Positions 9,828-20,731 of a stretch of DNA of 64,000 bases are shown here, one piece after another. Each line of letters starts with the position of its first letter. The stretch's first letter is position 1. Origin of the DNA: Dehalococcoidia bacterium (GTDB lineage: Bacteria > Chloroflexota > Dehalococcoidia > UBA6926); assembly GCA_965224255.1 (NCBI GenBank), contig CBDCYO010000001.1, forward strand, positions 12,456 to 76,455. The letters are read 5' to 3'. The position numbers and the translations under genes were made by a program. The notes under the pieces were generated by a model. The model had not been told where the DNA came from, ran no database searches, and was given only the letters and a program-made list of their open reading frames with translations.

Positions 9828-10572
9828 TCAAAAGAGGTCAGCGTCGTGGCCGAGCCACTTCCTGATGAGGGCGTTCAGTGAGCCGTCATCTTTCATTTCG
9901 CTGATGGCCTGGTCCAGCTTGTCCTTTAACGGACCATCGTCTTCCCGAACGCCGACACCGGTACCGAAGTCGAGCTTCACCTCAGGGCCAACGATGGTCA
10001 GCCTTCCCTCGTATCCCACCATACTCTCATGAGCGAACTCCCGGTCCACCAGCGCCGCATCCACTTCGCCGCTCAACACGGCCTCAACAGGTTCTGAGGC
10101 CAGTTTGTACTCCAACAGCGTTACCCCTGTTTGGGACATAAGATAGCTGGCCTGGATCGTGGCCACCTGAGCGGCCACCTTGCCATTGGCCGCTTCGTCG
10201 CCGTCACCGGCCAGAGCTACGTAGACCGACCGGCCGGGCGGGATGTACGGCTGAGTGAAATCGATGACTTCATCCCGCTCATCGGTGATGCTCATCCCGG
10301 CCAGGATAGTGTCGTACTTGCCGTCCAGCAAGTTGGGGATGATGGTGTCCCATTCGTTGGTTACCCACGTGCACTCAAGATTGGCCCGCCGGCACAGCTC
10401 ATCACCCAACTCCCGCTCCAATCCGTCGACCTCACCATCATCGTTGATGAAATTGAAAGGGGGATAGGCCCCCTCGGTCCCCATACGGACAACATCGGGC
10501 GCACTGGAGCACGACAGAGAAACGGCAAGGAGTACCGCAAGCATTGCAACGAAGAAGATGGGTCTGATCATG
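9828..10572 (-). CDS. ABC transporter substrate-binding protein, family 3 (amino-acid type), lipoprotein
   Basis: MIRPIFFVAMLAVLLAVSLSCSS signal with lipobox. SBP_bac_3-like blocks (DTIIPNLLDGKYD, GMSITDERDEVIDFTQPY). Confidence 0.8.
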
Positions 10573-10960
10573 TTCGTTTTCCACCTTGTTGCCGTTCGCT
10601 GAAACGTCGTCCATTTCATGTGCAATTGGCCCGAGTGCACTTTGAGCTTACCGGAAAGGGCCGCTCTTTCCGCTAGGATTTTACGTCGTGGAAAGTTGCC
10701 GGTCGACCAGTGTCGGAACACGGAGCGGCGCCGTCCGGAAACCGGTCACCGGTGGCCAGAGACCGTAAGAGCGCCGGATTCTGCGCAACGACGAACATCG
10801 TCCGCCGCGGCAGTCGAAATACGTCACCGGCGCAAGACCTGGGCGACCGGCGATTGAGCACAACATCGGGTCCGGAGCTGGACACCGGGCCGGTTTTGAG
10901 GCGCACAATAGGCCGTTACGTAATGCGGGCCAACTTGTCCGCATTGACCCTTCGCTTGGT

Positions 10961-11086
10961 ATGGCAGAGTTCATAAGCGAAGTCTGCCGCCGTCAGCAAC
11001 TTTCCGGCTGGCCGTCCCGAAGGACGTGCGGACCCGACCTGAGCCGAGCCGCCGAAAATAGCAGACTTGTACCCAAAGTCTGCCAT
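10961..11086. repeat. hairpin elements H5 (10961-10990) and H6 (11058-11086) upstream of hsdM
   Basis: atggcagagttcataagcgaagtctgccgc and atagcagacttgtacccaaagtctgccat. Confidence 0.7.
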
Positions 11087-11254
11087 CCTTATACTCCCAA
11101 CGTGAGCTCAGATCATAACCAACTCCTTGTACCGAACCTACCGGAGCTGGAACAACTTGGGCATCCTGCACCGACTCGACTCCGCCTCGGTAGACCTTAT
11201 TGGGCTGGATTGGCCTGATGGCGGCGTTGGCAAACGAGCGGTAATTGGCTCTAG

Positions 11255-13420
11255 ATGGTGCCTGTGCCGGAGAAAAGACGGGCGTGCAGGAGAGGCAAAC
11301 ATCCATTGATTGCGGACCACTTTACAGGTATCGAGAAGTTTGAGGCGGATCTGTGGAAGGTCGCGGACAACCTGCGGGCCAATTCGAACCTAGCGTCAAA
11401 TGAATACTTCATGCCCATCCTGGGCGTGATCTTCCTGCGGCATGCGACGAACCGGTACGATGCGGCGGTGGCAGCGATAGATGCAGAAAAGGCCACAGGG
11501 GATATGCCTGACCGCCCGCTGGTCGAGGCCGACTTCGCTAGGCGAGGCTCCATGATGTTGCCCGAGGCTGCGCGCTACGACGCCCTCCTAGAAATCCCGA
11601 AGGACGGCAATCTCGGAGCGGCCGTGAATGCCGCCATGGAGATGATCGAAGACCACTACCCGCCCCTACGGGGACAGCTGCCGAAGGATTACGCACACTT
11701 CGACAATGACGTCCTAGAAGAAATGATGCGAACCTTCGATTCGGAGGCACTCCGCAAGGCCTCGGGCGACGTGCTCGGCCGCATCTATGAATATTTCCTT
11801 GCCGAATTCTCGAAGCTAGGCGCGCACGACAATGGCGAGTTCTTCACGCCACCCTCAATCGTCCAGACCATAGTCAATGTGATCGAGCCGGATCACGGCA
11901 CCGTCTTTGACCCCGCCGCCGGTTCTTGCGGCATGTTCGTGCAAACGGGCCATTTCATTGAGGACAAAGGCGAAGACACAATGGAAAGGGTCACGTTCTT
12001 CGGCCACGAGAAGAACGAAACGACCGCTAAGCTCGCCCAGATCAATCTCGCCGTACATGGGCTACAGGGCAACATAAGGGCCGGAAATGAAGCGATCACT
12101 TATTACAATGACCCCCATGAACTGGTAGGGCAGTGCGATTTCGTCATGGCCAATCCACCTTTCAATGTGGACGAGGTTGACGAGGAAAAGGTGAAGAGTG
12201 ACCCACGCCTACCGTTTGGTTTGCCCGGGGTGAACAATTCCAAGAAGGTGTCCAATGCCAATTTTCTTTGGATGCAATATTTCTATAGCTACCTCAACGA
12301 GAACGGCCGTGCTGGCGTCGTGATGTCGTCGCAGGCATCAAACGCAGGAGGAGATCAGGCAACCGTGCGGCGAAAACTGGTCGAGAGCGGTGCTGTGGAT
12401 GTGATGGTCGATATCCGCAACAAATTTTTCTATAGGAATGCCGTCCCATGCCAACTCTGGTTCTTTGACCGGTCGAAAGAGCGGGATGATAACCGCCGTG
12501 ACCAAGTCCTGATGCTCGACGCGCGCAACATCTATCGCAAGGTCACAACTCGGATCTTCGACTTCAGTCCCGAACAGCAGAAGAACATCACCGCCATCGT
12601 GTGGCTCTACCGGGGCCAGTCGGAACGGTTCCTCAACCTAGTTGAGAGGTACCTCAGGCAGGCCATCGACGAAGGACGAGCGACTACTACGATGCTCTCC
12701 AAGTTCCAGGGGAGTTTGGACAAGCTTAGCGGTCTGGCGGAACCCTTCGCAACAGAGAAGCGTGATCCCGATCCGCTGCTCGAAACTTGGACGGAACTCA
12801 TCTCCACGAAGGATACGCTGTCGGCAGACGTTGAGGTTTTCGTGACCGAGGTAGCGGCGCGGACCTTTGAATGGGAGCAACGCGAGGACGGTTCCACGCG
12901 TGGGAACGCTGAACTGCACGTCGCGCGTGAAAGCTTGCGCGAAATGGCGGGGCACTGTCAGGACTTGACCAAGCAGGTCGATCTTGCCACGAGGTTGTCT
13001 GGGAGGGCTGTCGAGATCGCGACGAAGGAACTCGACGCGCGTAAATCTGAACTCTGGACCAATAGGGATATCAACGCTACGCGCAGGGAGCTTGAGGATG
13101 TACGAGTTGCAACCGTCGAAGCGCTGCGTCGGGCGCGGCACTACGTTCGTGAGGCCGACTGGCTGCAGGAGCGTTTTCCGGATGCCGGCCTGCGTGATGT
13201 CGAGGGGTTAGTGAAGTTGGTGGATCTGAGCGACATCGAAGCGCTTGATTGGAGTCTCACTCCTAGCCGCTACGTAGGACTCGCCCCAGAGGAGATGGAC
13301 GAGGATTTCGTTTTTGAGGAAACGATGCGGGCAATCCACATCGAAATGAATGAGCTGAACGAGGAAGCAGTGGAACTGGCGGCGCGGATCGCTCGGAACT
13401 TTTTGGAGTTGGGGGTGTGA
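11255..13420 (+). CDS. hsdM: Type I restriction-modification system DNA methyltransferase subunit HsdM (N6-adenine)
   Basis: FTPPSIVQTIV, DPAAGSCGMF (motif I), CDFVMANPPFN (motif IV) and an N-terminal HsdM_N-like helix (FEADLWKVADNLRAN). Alternative TTG start at 11308 after AGGAGAGG. Confidence 0.92.
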   Translation: MVPVPEKRRACRRGKHPLIADHFTGIEKFEADLWKVADNLRANSNLASNEYFMPILGVIFLRHATNRYDAAVAAIDAEKATGDMPDRPLVEADFARRGSMMLPEAARYDALLEIPKDGNLGAAVNAAMEMIEDHYPPLRGQLPKDYAHFDNDVLEEMMRTFDSEALRKASGDVLGRIYEYFLAEFSKLGAHDNGEFFTPPSIVQTIVNVIEPDHGTVFDPAAGSCGMFVQTGHFIEDKGEDTMERVTFFGHEKNETTAKLAQINLAVHGLQGNIRAGNEAITYYNDPHELVGQCDFVMANPPFNVDEVDEEKVKSDPRLPFGLPGVNNSKKVSNANFLWMQYFYSYLNENGRAGVVMSSQASNAGGDQATVRRKLVESGAVDVMVDIRNKFFYRNAVPCQLWFFDRSKERDDNRRDQVLMLDARNIYRKVTTRIFDFSPEQQKNITAIVWLYRGQSERFLNLVERYLRQAIDEGRATTTMLSKFQGSLDKLSGLAEPFATEKRDPDPLLETWTELISTKDTLSADVEVFVTEVAARTFEWEQREDGSTRGNAELHVARESLREMAGHCQDLTKQVDLATRLSGRAVEIATKELDARKSELWTNRDINATRRELEDVRVATVEALRRARHYVREADWLQERFPDAGLRDVEGLVKLVDLSDIEALDWSLTPSRYVGLAPEEMDEDFVFEETMRAIHIEMNELNEEAVELAARIARNFLELGV

Positions 13421-14637
13421 GTTTTCGAATACGGAAACTTGGCGAGCTGGGTAGATTTCGAAATGGCCTCAACTACTCGAGATCAAACTTCGGCCGTGGA
13501 CTAAAAGTGATCAGCGTCAAGGATTTCGGAGACCGCTGGAGACCTGAACTTGCCGTTTTGGATGAGATCGATCCGGCAGGGGTACGTGCAGCGCAGTGCG
13601 ATTTACGTCGAGGCGACATCCTATTTGTGCGCTCGAACGGAAATAAAGACCTGATCGGTAGATCAATGCTCATTGAGCATGATCTTGACGACGTCTCGTT
13701 TTCGGGTTTTTGTATCCGTTTCAGACCAGCAGAACCTGAGGATAAATCGAAGTTTTTGTCTCTCTATTTCAGAACACCCATATTCCGTCGGACGCTTTCT
13801 CTCCACGGCACGGGTACCAACATCAACAACCTCAACCAATCGATACTGGAGCAAATGGATGTACCATGGCCCGAAACGGTGGCACGAGAGCGTATCGTCG
13901 ATATTGCTGGAACCTACGACGGCTTAATAGAGAATAACCGGCGGCGGATTGAGTTGTTGGAGGAAACGGCGGGGGTGCTCTACCGCGAGTGGTTCGTCCG
14001 CTTCCGCTTCCCAGGCTACCAATACGTCAAGGTAATCGACGGCCTTCCGGAAGGGTGGGAGAGGCGGACATTCAATGATGTTTGCGATGCGGTGGGAGGC
14101 GGGACGCCCAAGACATCGCGACCAGATTATTGGACCGACGGCGATATCCCTTGGTACACACCCACAGACGTCACGCGCAATCCGTGCTTAGCCCTTCTGG
14201 ATAGCGCAACTAAGATAACGGAAGCAGGGCTGCGGGGATCGTCTGCAAAAATGCTTCCGGCTGGAACCGTGTTAATGACAAGTCGCGCGTCTGTTGGTTT
14301 CTTCGGAATTATTGAGGCTCCTTCGTGCACTAATCAGGGTTTCATCAGCATCGTCCCCAATGACCAATGCGCCAAGATGTATTTGCTCTACAACCTCATG
14401 CATCGGGTGGAGGAAATCCGGTCTCATGCTGGCGGTGCAACCTACAAGGAAATTAGCAAAGGGAAATTCAGGGCCTTCCCTATCGTGCTTCCCGAAGGGA
14501 CACTCCTTCAACAGTTCGAGAAGCAGGCATCGACACTTCATGCCCAAGTTCGTACACTTCATCAATCAAACCAGAAACTCGCACAAGCCCGCGACCTTCT
14601 ACTGCCGCGCCTGATGAGTGGGGAGATTACGGTTTGA
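13417..14637 (+). CDS. hsdS: Type I R-M specificity subunit HsdS (two target-recognition domains)
   Basis: GTG start overlapping hsdM stop (GTGA). Central conserved ERIVDIAGTYDGLIENNRRRIELLEE and C-terminal LLPRLMSGEI repeats; lower GC typical of TRDs. Confidence 0.9.
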   Translation: MSFRIRKLGELGRFRNGLNYSRSNFGRGLKVISVKDFGDRWRPELAVLDEIDPAGVRAAQCDLRRGDILFVRSNGNKDLIGRSMLIEHDLDDVSFSGFCIRFRPAEPEDKSKFLSLYFRTPIFRRTLSLHGTGTNINNLNQSILEQMDVPWPETVARERIVDIAGTYDGLIENNRRRIELLEETAGVLYREWFVRFRFPGYQYVKVIDGLPEGWERRTFNDVCDAVGGGTPKTSRPDYWTDGDIPWYTPTDVTRNPCLALLDSATKITEAGLRGSSAKMLPAGTVLMTSRASVGFFGIIEAPSCTNQGFISIVPNDQCAKMYLLYNLMHRVEEIRSHAGGATYKEISKGKFRAFPIVLPEGTLLQQFEKQASTLHAQVRTLHQSNQKLAQARDLLLPRLMSGEITV

Positions 14638-14674
14638 CGCCTGCTGCCGACACGAGCATATGAGGGAGTGAGCG

Positions 14675-17600
14675 ATGGCGGTGACATCCATCAACAGCGA
14701 AGACCGGCTGGTGCAGGTGACTTTTGCCCAGCACCTTGAGCAGGCGCTGGGTTGGGACAGCATCTACGCCTGGAACCAGGAAACCTTTGGGCCGGACGGC
14801 ACCCTGGGCCGTGCCAATACCAAAGAGGCGGTGCTGACCCGTGACGTGCGAGCAGCTCTGGAACGGCTCAATCCTGAGCTGCCGGCTTCCGCCATCGAGG
14901 ACACGGTGCGGAAATTGGCGGCCTATGACGTCAGCCGTTCGATGGTGCAGCATAACCGCGATTTCTACCGTCTGATCCGCGGTGGCGTTCCCGTCGAATA
15001 CCGCGACGACAAAGGCAGCCTCCGAACAGCCCGTGCCCGGGTGATCGACTTCGACAACGCACCGGGTACCAATCGCTTCCTCGCCGTGCGCGAGTTGAAG
15101 CTTACCGGTTTCCGAACGCCGAACTACAATCGCCGCGCCGATCTGGTCTGTTTCGTCAACGGCCTGCCGCTGGTCTTCATCGAGCTGAAGGCGGTCTACA
15201 AGAACATCCGCGAGGCCTTTGAAAACAACCTCTCCGATTACATGGACGAGAGAGTCATTGCCCATGCCTTCCACCACAACGCCTTCCTGATCGTTTCCAA
15301 CGGCGACCGCGCCCGTTTCGGCTCTATCACCAGCCAGTGGGAGCATTTCGCCGAGTGGAAGCGGCTCGATGAGGCGGACACGGGCAGTCTGGAAGCCGAG
15401 GTGTTGTTGAACGGTATGCTGGCCCATGACCGGCTGCTGGACATCGTCGAAAACTTCATCCTGTTCGACGACAGCAAGCCAGGCGCCACGCGCAAGGTGA
15501 TCGCTCGCAACCACCAGGTTCTGGGCGTCAATCGAGCCGTCGAGTCGGTTCGCCGGCAGGAAGAGTTGAAGCTGGAGTTCCCGCCAGTGCGGCGTTTGGA
15601 ACACCGCGTCGTGGAACTTCCGCTGGAATCCCGAATTCCCACCGAGCACGAGTTGATGCAGGGTCGGGCCCGAGCGGCGTCCCCTTTCATTCCAGCAGGA
15701 CCGATAGAAATTATCGAGCGGGCACATCCCGACCTCGGCCGGCTCGGCGTGTTCTGGCATACCCAGGGTAGCGGCAAGTCCTATTCCATGGCGTTTTTTG
15801 CCGAGAAGGTGCGGCGGAAGGTGCAAGGCAACTTCACATTCCTGCTGATGACCGACCGCAATGACCTTGATAGCCAGATCTACAGAACCTTCATCGGATG
15901 CGGCATCGCTGACAATCAGACACCGCGCGCCGCGTCGGGCGACGATCTGGAAAAGCGGCTGCAAGAAAACCCCAGCTACCTCTTCAGCCTGATCCACAAG
16001 TTCAACAAAGATGTCGATCCTAAACAACCGTACAGTGAGCGCGACGACATCATCGTCATTTCGGACGAGGCACACCGTACCCAGGCGGGACGGCTGGCGC
16101 GCAATATGCGCAACGCGCTGCCGAACGCGTCCTTCATCGGGTTCACCGGCACACCTCTGTTCACACAGGACGAGCTGACGAGGCGAATTTTCGGCGACTA
16201 CGTCTCGCGTTACGATTTCAAGCGGTCCGAGGAAGACGGCGCCACCGTCAAGCTGGTCTACGAAAACCGCGGCGAGATGCTGGGTGTCGCCCGGAAAGAT
16301 CTAAACGACCTGATCGCGGCCAAGATCGAGGAGGCCGAGCTCGATCCTGACCAGGAGGCGCTGCTCGACAAACTGCTGGGCCAGGACTACGAGGTGATCA
16401 CAGCGGATGCACGGCTCGAGAAGATTGCGGCCGATTTCGTCGAGCACTGTGCAACCCGATGGCAATCGGGCAAGTCGATGCTGGTCTGCATCGACAAAAT
16501 CACCTGCGCACGGATGCTGCAACTCATCGTACCCAGGTGGAAGGTGAAAGTCTTTGCGGTCCGCGCTGCAGCTGGAGCGAAGCGAGCGGAGGCCAAGGCG
16601 GCAAATGACGAGAGTGTCCGCGATGCCCTCGCGGAGCAAGCTCAAGAGCTGGCAGCCCAAGCCGATTGGCTGGACGAGACGATCGTCGAGATCATCATAA
16701 GCGAGGCGCAGAACGAGGTCTCCGACTTCAAGAAGTGGGGATTCGATATCATCCCGCACCGCGCCCGAATCAAGCAGGGTTTTGAGACGCCGGATGGCCG
16801 GCGCGTTGATGTTGAAGATGCATTCAAGGATCCGGATCATCCATTCCGTGTTGCCATCGTCTGCGCCATGTGGTTGACCGGTTTCGACGTGGAATGTCTG
16901 TCAACTCTCTACATCGACAAACCCATGAAAGCGCACAGTTTGATGCAGGCGATCGCGCGGGCGAACCGGGTCTATCCCGGAAAGGATTTCGGTCTGATTG
17001 TCGACTACAACGGCATGTTGAGAAGCCTGCGGGAGGCTCTGGCGCAATACGCCCTCGGCGACGATGGGGGAGATGACGGTCCGATCGTCGAGCCTATTGA
17101 GGAGCGTTTACAGGCACTGATCGAAGCTATCGAGGCGACGGAGGCACACCTTCGCGGCCTCGGTTTTGACCCGAGGTCATTAATCGGCTCGACTGGTTTC
17201 GCACGGATTAAGGGCCTGAAGGATGCAGTCGAGGCCGTTTACACCAGCGACGAGGATAAGCGCCGGTTCGAGGTGCTAGCCAGGCAGGTGTTCATTCGTT
17301 TCAAGGCGCTACTGACCGAACCTTCGGCGTTCGCCTACGCTGAGCGGCATGACAACATCGAGGCGATCTACAAGAAACTCGCCGAGCGGCGCGACACGGC
17401 GGACGTAACGGAGCTGCTCAAAGAACTACACCGGATAGTGAACGAGGCCATCCGCACTCAAGAGCCGGGTGAAGATCAGGCAGAGGGGTTGACCTTCGAT
17501 CTCAGCCAGATCGATATGGAAACACTGCGGGACGAGTTCGCGAAGAAGGTTCGCCGCAAGGCGACGACGCTACAAGACATTCGCGACATCGTTGAGCAAA

Positions 17601-18088
17601 AACTCGTTGAGATGCTCGCGCGTAATCCGTTGCGCATGGACTACCAACAAAAATATGAGGAGATCGTCGCGGCCTACAACCGCGAGAAAGATCGTGTCAC
17701 CATAGAGGAAACGTTCCGGCGACTAACCGAGCTGATGGTCGAACTCGACGCCGAACAGAGTCGTGCAGTACAGGAAGGCCTCGACGAGGATGAGTTGGCC
17801 CTGTTCGATCTGCTGAAGAAAGACGGTTTGAATAGGTCCGACCGCGAAAAAGTCAAACAGTCAAGCCGGGAACTCCTCAAGGCAATCAAAAAACGACTGG
17901 CCGAACTAGACCGATTCTGGGAGAAAGAGCAGACCAAGGCGGAAATGGAGGTATTCATCCTCGACGCAGTCTTCGTTAAACTCCCGACCTCGGCCTTTTC
18001 CTCAGAGGAAAAGCGGACAGTTGCCTCCGATGTTTATAACCACGTCTGGCAGCAGGCCCTCAGCCGCCAGTTTGCGATCGCGGCGTGA
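14675..18088 (+). CDS. hsdR: Type I restriction enzyme endonuclease/helicase subunit HsdR
   Basis: 1137 aa; TQGSGKS (Walker A), VISDEAHRTQ (DEAH), FTGTPLF motifs; RBS GAGGGAG upstream of ATG 14675. Confidence 0.95.
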   Translation: MAVTSINSEDRLVQVTFAQHLEQALGWDSIYAWNQETFGPDGTLGRANTKEAVLTRDVRAALERLNPELPASAIEDTVRKLAAYDVSRSMVQHNRDFYRLIRGGVPVEYRDDKGSLRTARARVIDFDNAPGTNRFLAVRELKLTGFRTPNYNRRADLVCFVNGLPLVFIELKAVYKNIREAFENNLSDYMDERVIAHAFHHNAFLIVSNGDRARFGSITSQWEHFAEWKRLDEADTGSLEAEVLLNGMLAHDRLLDIVENFILFDDSKPGATRKVIARNHQVLGVNRAVESVRRQEELKLEFPPVRRLEHRVVELPLESRIPTEHELMQGRARAASPFIPAGPIEIIERAHPDLGRLGVFWHTQGSGKSYSMAFFAEKVRRKVQGNFTFLLMTDRNDLDSQIYRTFIGCGIADNQTPRAASGDDLEKRLQENPSYLFSLIHKFNKDVDPKQPYSERDDIIVISDEAHRTQAGRLARNMRNALPNASFIGFTGTPLFTQDELTRRIFGDYVSRYDFKRSEEDGATVKLVYENRGEMLGVARKDLNDLIAAKIEEAELDPDQEALLDKLLGQDYEVITADARLEKIAADFVEHCATRWQSGKSMLVCIDKITCARMLQLIVPRWKVKVFAVRAAAGAKRAEAKAANDESVRDALAEQAQELAAQADWLDETIVEIIISEAQNEVSDFKKWGFDIIPHRARIKQGFETPDGRRVDVEDAFKDPDHPFRVAIVCAMWLTGFDVECLSTLYIDKPMKAHSLMQAIARANRVYPGKDFGLIVDYNGMLRSLREALAQYALGDDGGDDGPIVEPIEERLQALIEAIEATEAHLRGLGFDPRSLIGSTGFARIKGLKDAVEAVYTSDEDKRRFEVLARQVFIRFKALLTEPSAFAYAERHDNIEAIYKKLAERRDTADVTELLKELHRIVNEAIRTQEPGEDQAEGLTFDLSQIDMETLRDEFAKKVRRKATTLQDIRDIVEQKLVEMLARNPLRMDYQQKYEEIVAAYNREKDRVTIEETFRRLTELMVELDAEQSRAVQEGLDEDELALFDLLKKDGLNRSDREKVKQSSRELLKAIKKRLAELDRFWEKEQTKAEMEVFILDAVFVKLPTSAFSSEEKRTVASDVYNHVWQQALSRQFAIAA

Positions 18089-18473
18089 CGGGCCATCTTG
18101 ATGGGTTGATGACAGATGCCGAAACAAATGGAGATCCACCCACAGCAAATTGACCCCAATGCATCCCGCTTGTCGTGCAGAGGGTAGCGTAGATGCTACG
18201 AACCGGTTGATGCCGTATGCTGTTCTTCATGTGGCCCAGCGCAGTTTGCACTTATCACGACCGGACATACGCAGAGCGCACGGGCAGTAGCCGAGACTGG
18301 GTGCCCGCCGCCGCAGTGCACCTTAGTTCAAACTATTGCAGTTTGCTTGAACTTTATCCCAGCGTCTCCTCTTAGTGCCGTCAAAGTTTCAATAGAAGTT
18401 GCCGTTCTCCAAATCCCAAAGGCGGGTACGGTTGCTACTGCAGGCACGGGGACAGGGCCGGATTCCTTGCACG

Positions 18474-18502
18474 ATGGCAGACTTTGAACGGAAGTCTGCC
18501 AT
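18474..18502. repeat. hairpin element H7 between convergent hsdR and the Dam-ParB-nuclease cassette
   Basis: atggcagactttgaacggaagtctgccat, perfect 11-bp stem. Confidence 0.8.
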
Positions 18503-18652
18503 GCTGGTTCAGCCGGCAAACCGAATGATCAACTCAATTCGCTGCGAGTACGGTTCCGCTATGGACTTCTGCCGGAGCATGTCAATCGACTTAACAGCCT
18601 TGGGTGAGTTGACGGACTATTGCATCCAGCCAACCCTGAGATCGTTGAGTAA

Positions 18653-19618
18653 TCAAACCGCAGGCAATCCATTGGCGATGGCGGCCGCTCGTGTCCAAGC
18701 AGACATGTATGCCAGGGTCTGGGACGAAATTGTTTCGCATAACTCGATTACTCGCGACCGATCGAACAAAATGCCGGCGTACGTAGACCTCTTGTACCAA
18801 CGGTCTTCGGGCAACTCATCCGTGATGAAAAACATGCGGACCGGGTCAACTGCTGGCATGCTGTCGAACCAATTTTTACAAAACGCATCGGGCTTGAGCC
18901 TTGTGAATTGTTCTTCGTAGTGGGTGCCGGTTTTACATTGCCCGAATCCAATCAACTTGCCTTGTCTGTCGTCGTTGAACGGATTCCAGACCACCACATC
19001 AAGTCCATCATCTTTTGCTTAGGGATTGCCGCCCGATCTGTTTTTGTAGGTACTCCCTTCACCTATTTGCTGACAAAGCGCCTTCACCCGGTCTGAAAAG
19101 CTTCGAGTATCACTGGATGTACCGAACACAAAGCTTCGGGACCCGTCTCCGAAATATCGACTAGCGACCTCTGCACAAAGTTGCTCGAATAATTCAGTCC
19201 CATCAATGCCCGCATGCTTCTTGTTTAGGTTCATATCCAATCGGGTTGCCAAGAGCAAATATTTGTACACGGTTTGGCGAGGGTTGCCGCCGCCCTGGCG
19301 CCATTGAAGTGAACTACCAGTGTGGTCCAACTCGAAAGGATACCCTGAACCGTACGCTTCCGTGCGTTCTTCGACGAGCTCGAATGCTCCCTTCACCCAC
19401 TCATACAATTCGTCGATTTCGAGAACGCCGTTTGCATGGTCGTTCTCTTCAGGTTTGGCTAGTTGGTTAGAGACGTGCCTATCGGACGCCATGCCACTTT
19501 GCCAAGATATGAGCTCACTGAAATCTGCGACGTCCAGTTGCCATGCCAGTAGTTCGTTGTAGTCTGCTTGGTCTTGGTCAGTCGGTCGAGCTGGAAGTTC
19601 CTTGGGCCATTTGAACAC
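18653..19618 (-). pseudogene. PD-(D/E)xK-like putative nuclease interrupted by one in-frame TAA (ORFs 19019-19618 and 18653-18997 are in the same frame)
   Basis: GTG start after GAGGTGA RBS, 13 bp downstream of the ParB-like stop. ...STYKNRSGGNP*AKDDGLDVVVWNPFNDDRQGKLIGFGQCKTG carries a D...(Q)xK PD-(D/E)xK-like motif. Confidence 0.4.
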
Positions 19619-19630
19619 GGGTGGTCACCT

Positions 19631-20731
19631 CTACGGTCGCGAGGGCTGAGGCCTTGGTGAAGCGAATTGTTTGCGCACCATCTCTGCGTGAAGGTCCGTA
19701 GCTAAAGCGACGACTCCATCAGCAGTCGCAAGCAATTCGCCGGATCCGTCATACCCGTCTGATAGCATTGCCCGCGCCTCACGCAAGCTCTCCATGGCCG
19801 CGACCAAGGATTCCTCGAATCGATTAGTCGGGGGACGACTCGCCGCAAACGCCGCTTGGAGGTTGCTCGTATTGCGTAGACTGGCTACCGCCGACCGATT
19901 TCCCAGTACTGCGTCCAATTGACGGAGGTGTGGGTTCTGGGATCGTATGATGGGACGTGCATCCTTGCGCTTACTACCGTATAACCATAGGCATAGTTCA
20001 CCAAGTTCCGTTCGTTTTTCCGAAGGGACGGGCTCCGGGTCCTCCGCTTCCTCTGAGGTCAGTCCGATATACGAACTGATGCCAGGATAATCTAGTCCCG
20101 TATAAAGATGGGAGAATGAAAAATGTCGGTGCCACCGATCTTCGCGGCGAAAAACCTCCCAATCCTCAGCTTGTTCGATAACTTTCAGCCCACGAAAAAG
20201 CCTCTGGACCGTGTTGTGGTTGTCGCCAATCTGCTGCGCGATCTGTACCAAAGAGACGTTGAAGGTTTGGTTGACCGAAGCGACATATCGTGCTTTTGCG
20301 TAGCTGCCCCACTTAGCTGGACCGTTGACGTGTTTGAAACCGAGAAACCTCCAAGTGTCTTCTCGCGTATCTATCAGACAAGGTAGGCGGTTCAGCCCAT
20401 CAAGTAGGTCGGCCGCAATCGTCGGGATATTGGCTTTCACCTGCCGGGCGACGGCGGGGTCCCTGATTGCCTTGACTGCTGCCAGCCGACGGTTTCCTTC
20501 GATAACGACAAATTTGTCTGACTCCTCCACCACGATTAGAGGCTCGTGTCGGAAGAACCCGCTGGCCGTGATGGACATCACTAATTCCTGCACATCCTCC
20601 GTTTCCCACAGTATCTTGATGATGTCCATTTCATTTTGGATCGGCGAGTCGAAAAATTCGGCAAGCCTCGGATTCTTCACATCGAACTCGAGTTGGTCGA
20701 CGTCGATGTCGGTAACCGTTGGCGTAGTCAT
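19631..20731 (-). CDS. ParB/Srx-like nuclease-domain protein with HTH-like region
   Basis: HEPLIVVEESDKFVVIEGNRRLAAVKAI matches the ParB GxRR box. ATG overlaps the Dam stop (ATGA at ~20728-20731). Confidence 0.75.
   Translation of the reverse strand: MTTPTVTDIDVDQLEFDVKNPRLAEFFDSPIQNEMDIIKILWETEDVQELVMSITASGFFRHEPLIVVEESDKFVVIEGNRRLAAVKAIRDPAVARQVKANIPTIAADLLDGLNRLPCLIDTREDTWRFLGFKHVNGPAKWGSYAKARYVASVNQTFNVSLVQIAQQIGDNHNTVQRLFRGLKVIEQAEDWEVFRREDRWHRHFSFSHLYTGLDYPGISSYIGLTSEEAEDPEPVPSEKRTELGELCLWLYGSKRKDARPIIRSQNPHLRQLDAVLGNRSAVASLRNTSNLQAAFAASRPPTNRFEESLVAAMESLREARAMLSDGYDGSGELLATADGVVALATDLHAEMVRKQFASPRPQPSRP

Noticed and set aside
14627-16075. 482-aa ORF antisense to hsdR
   Set aside because: Lies entirely inside a strongly supported hsdR CDS. 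Long antisense ORFs are expected at about 65% GC. No recognisable motifs.
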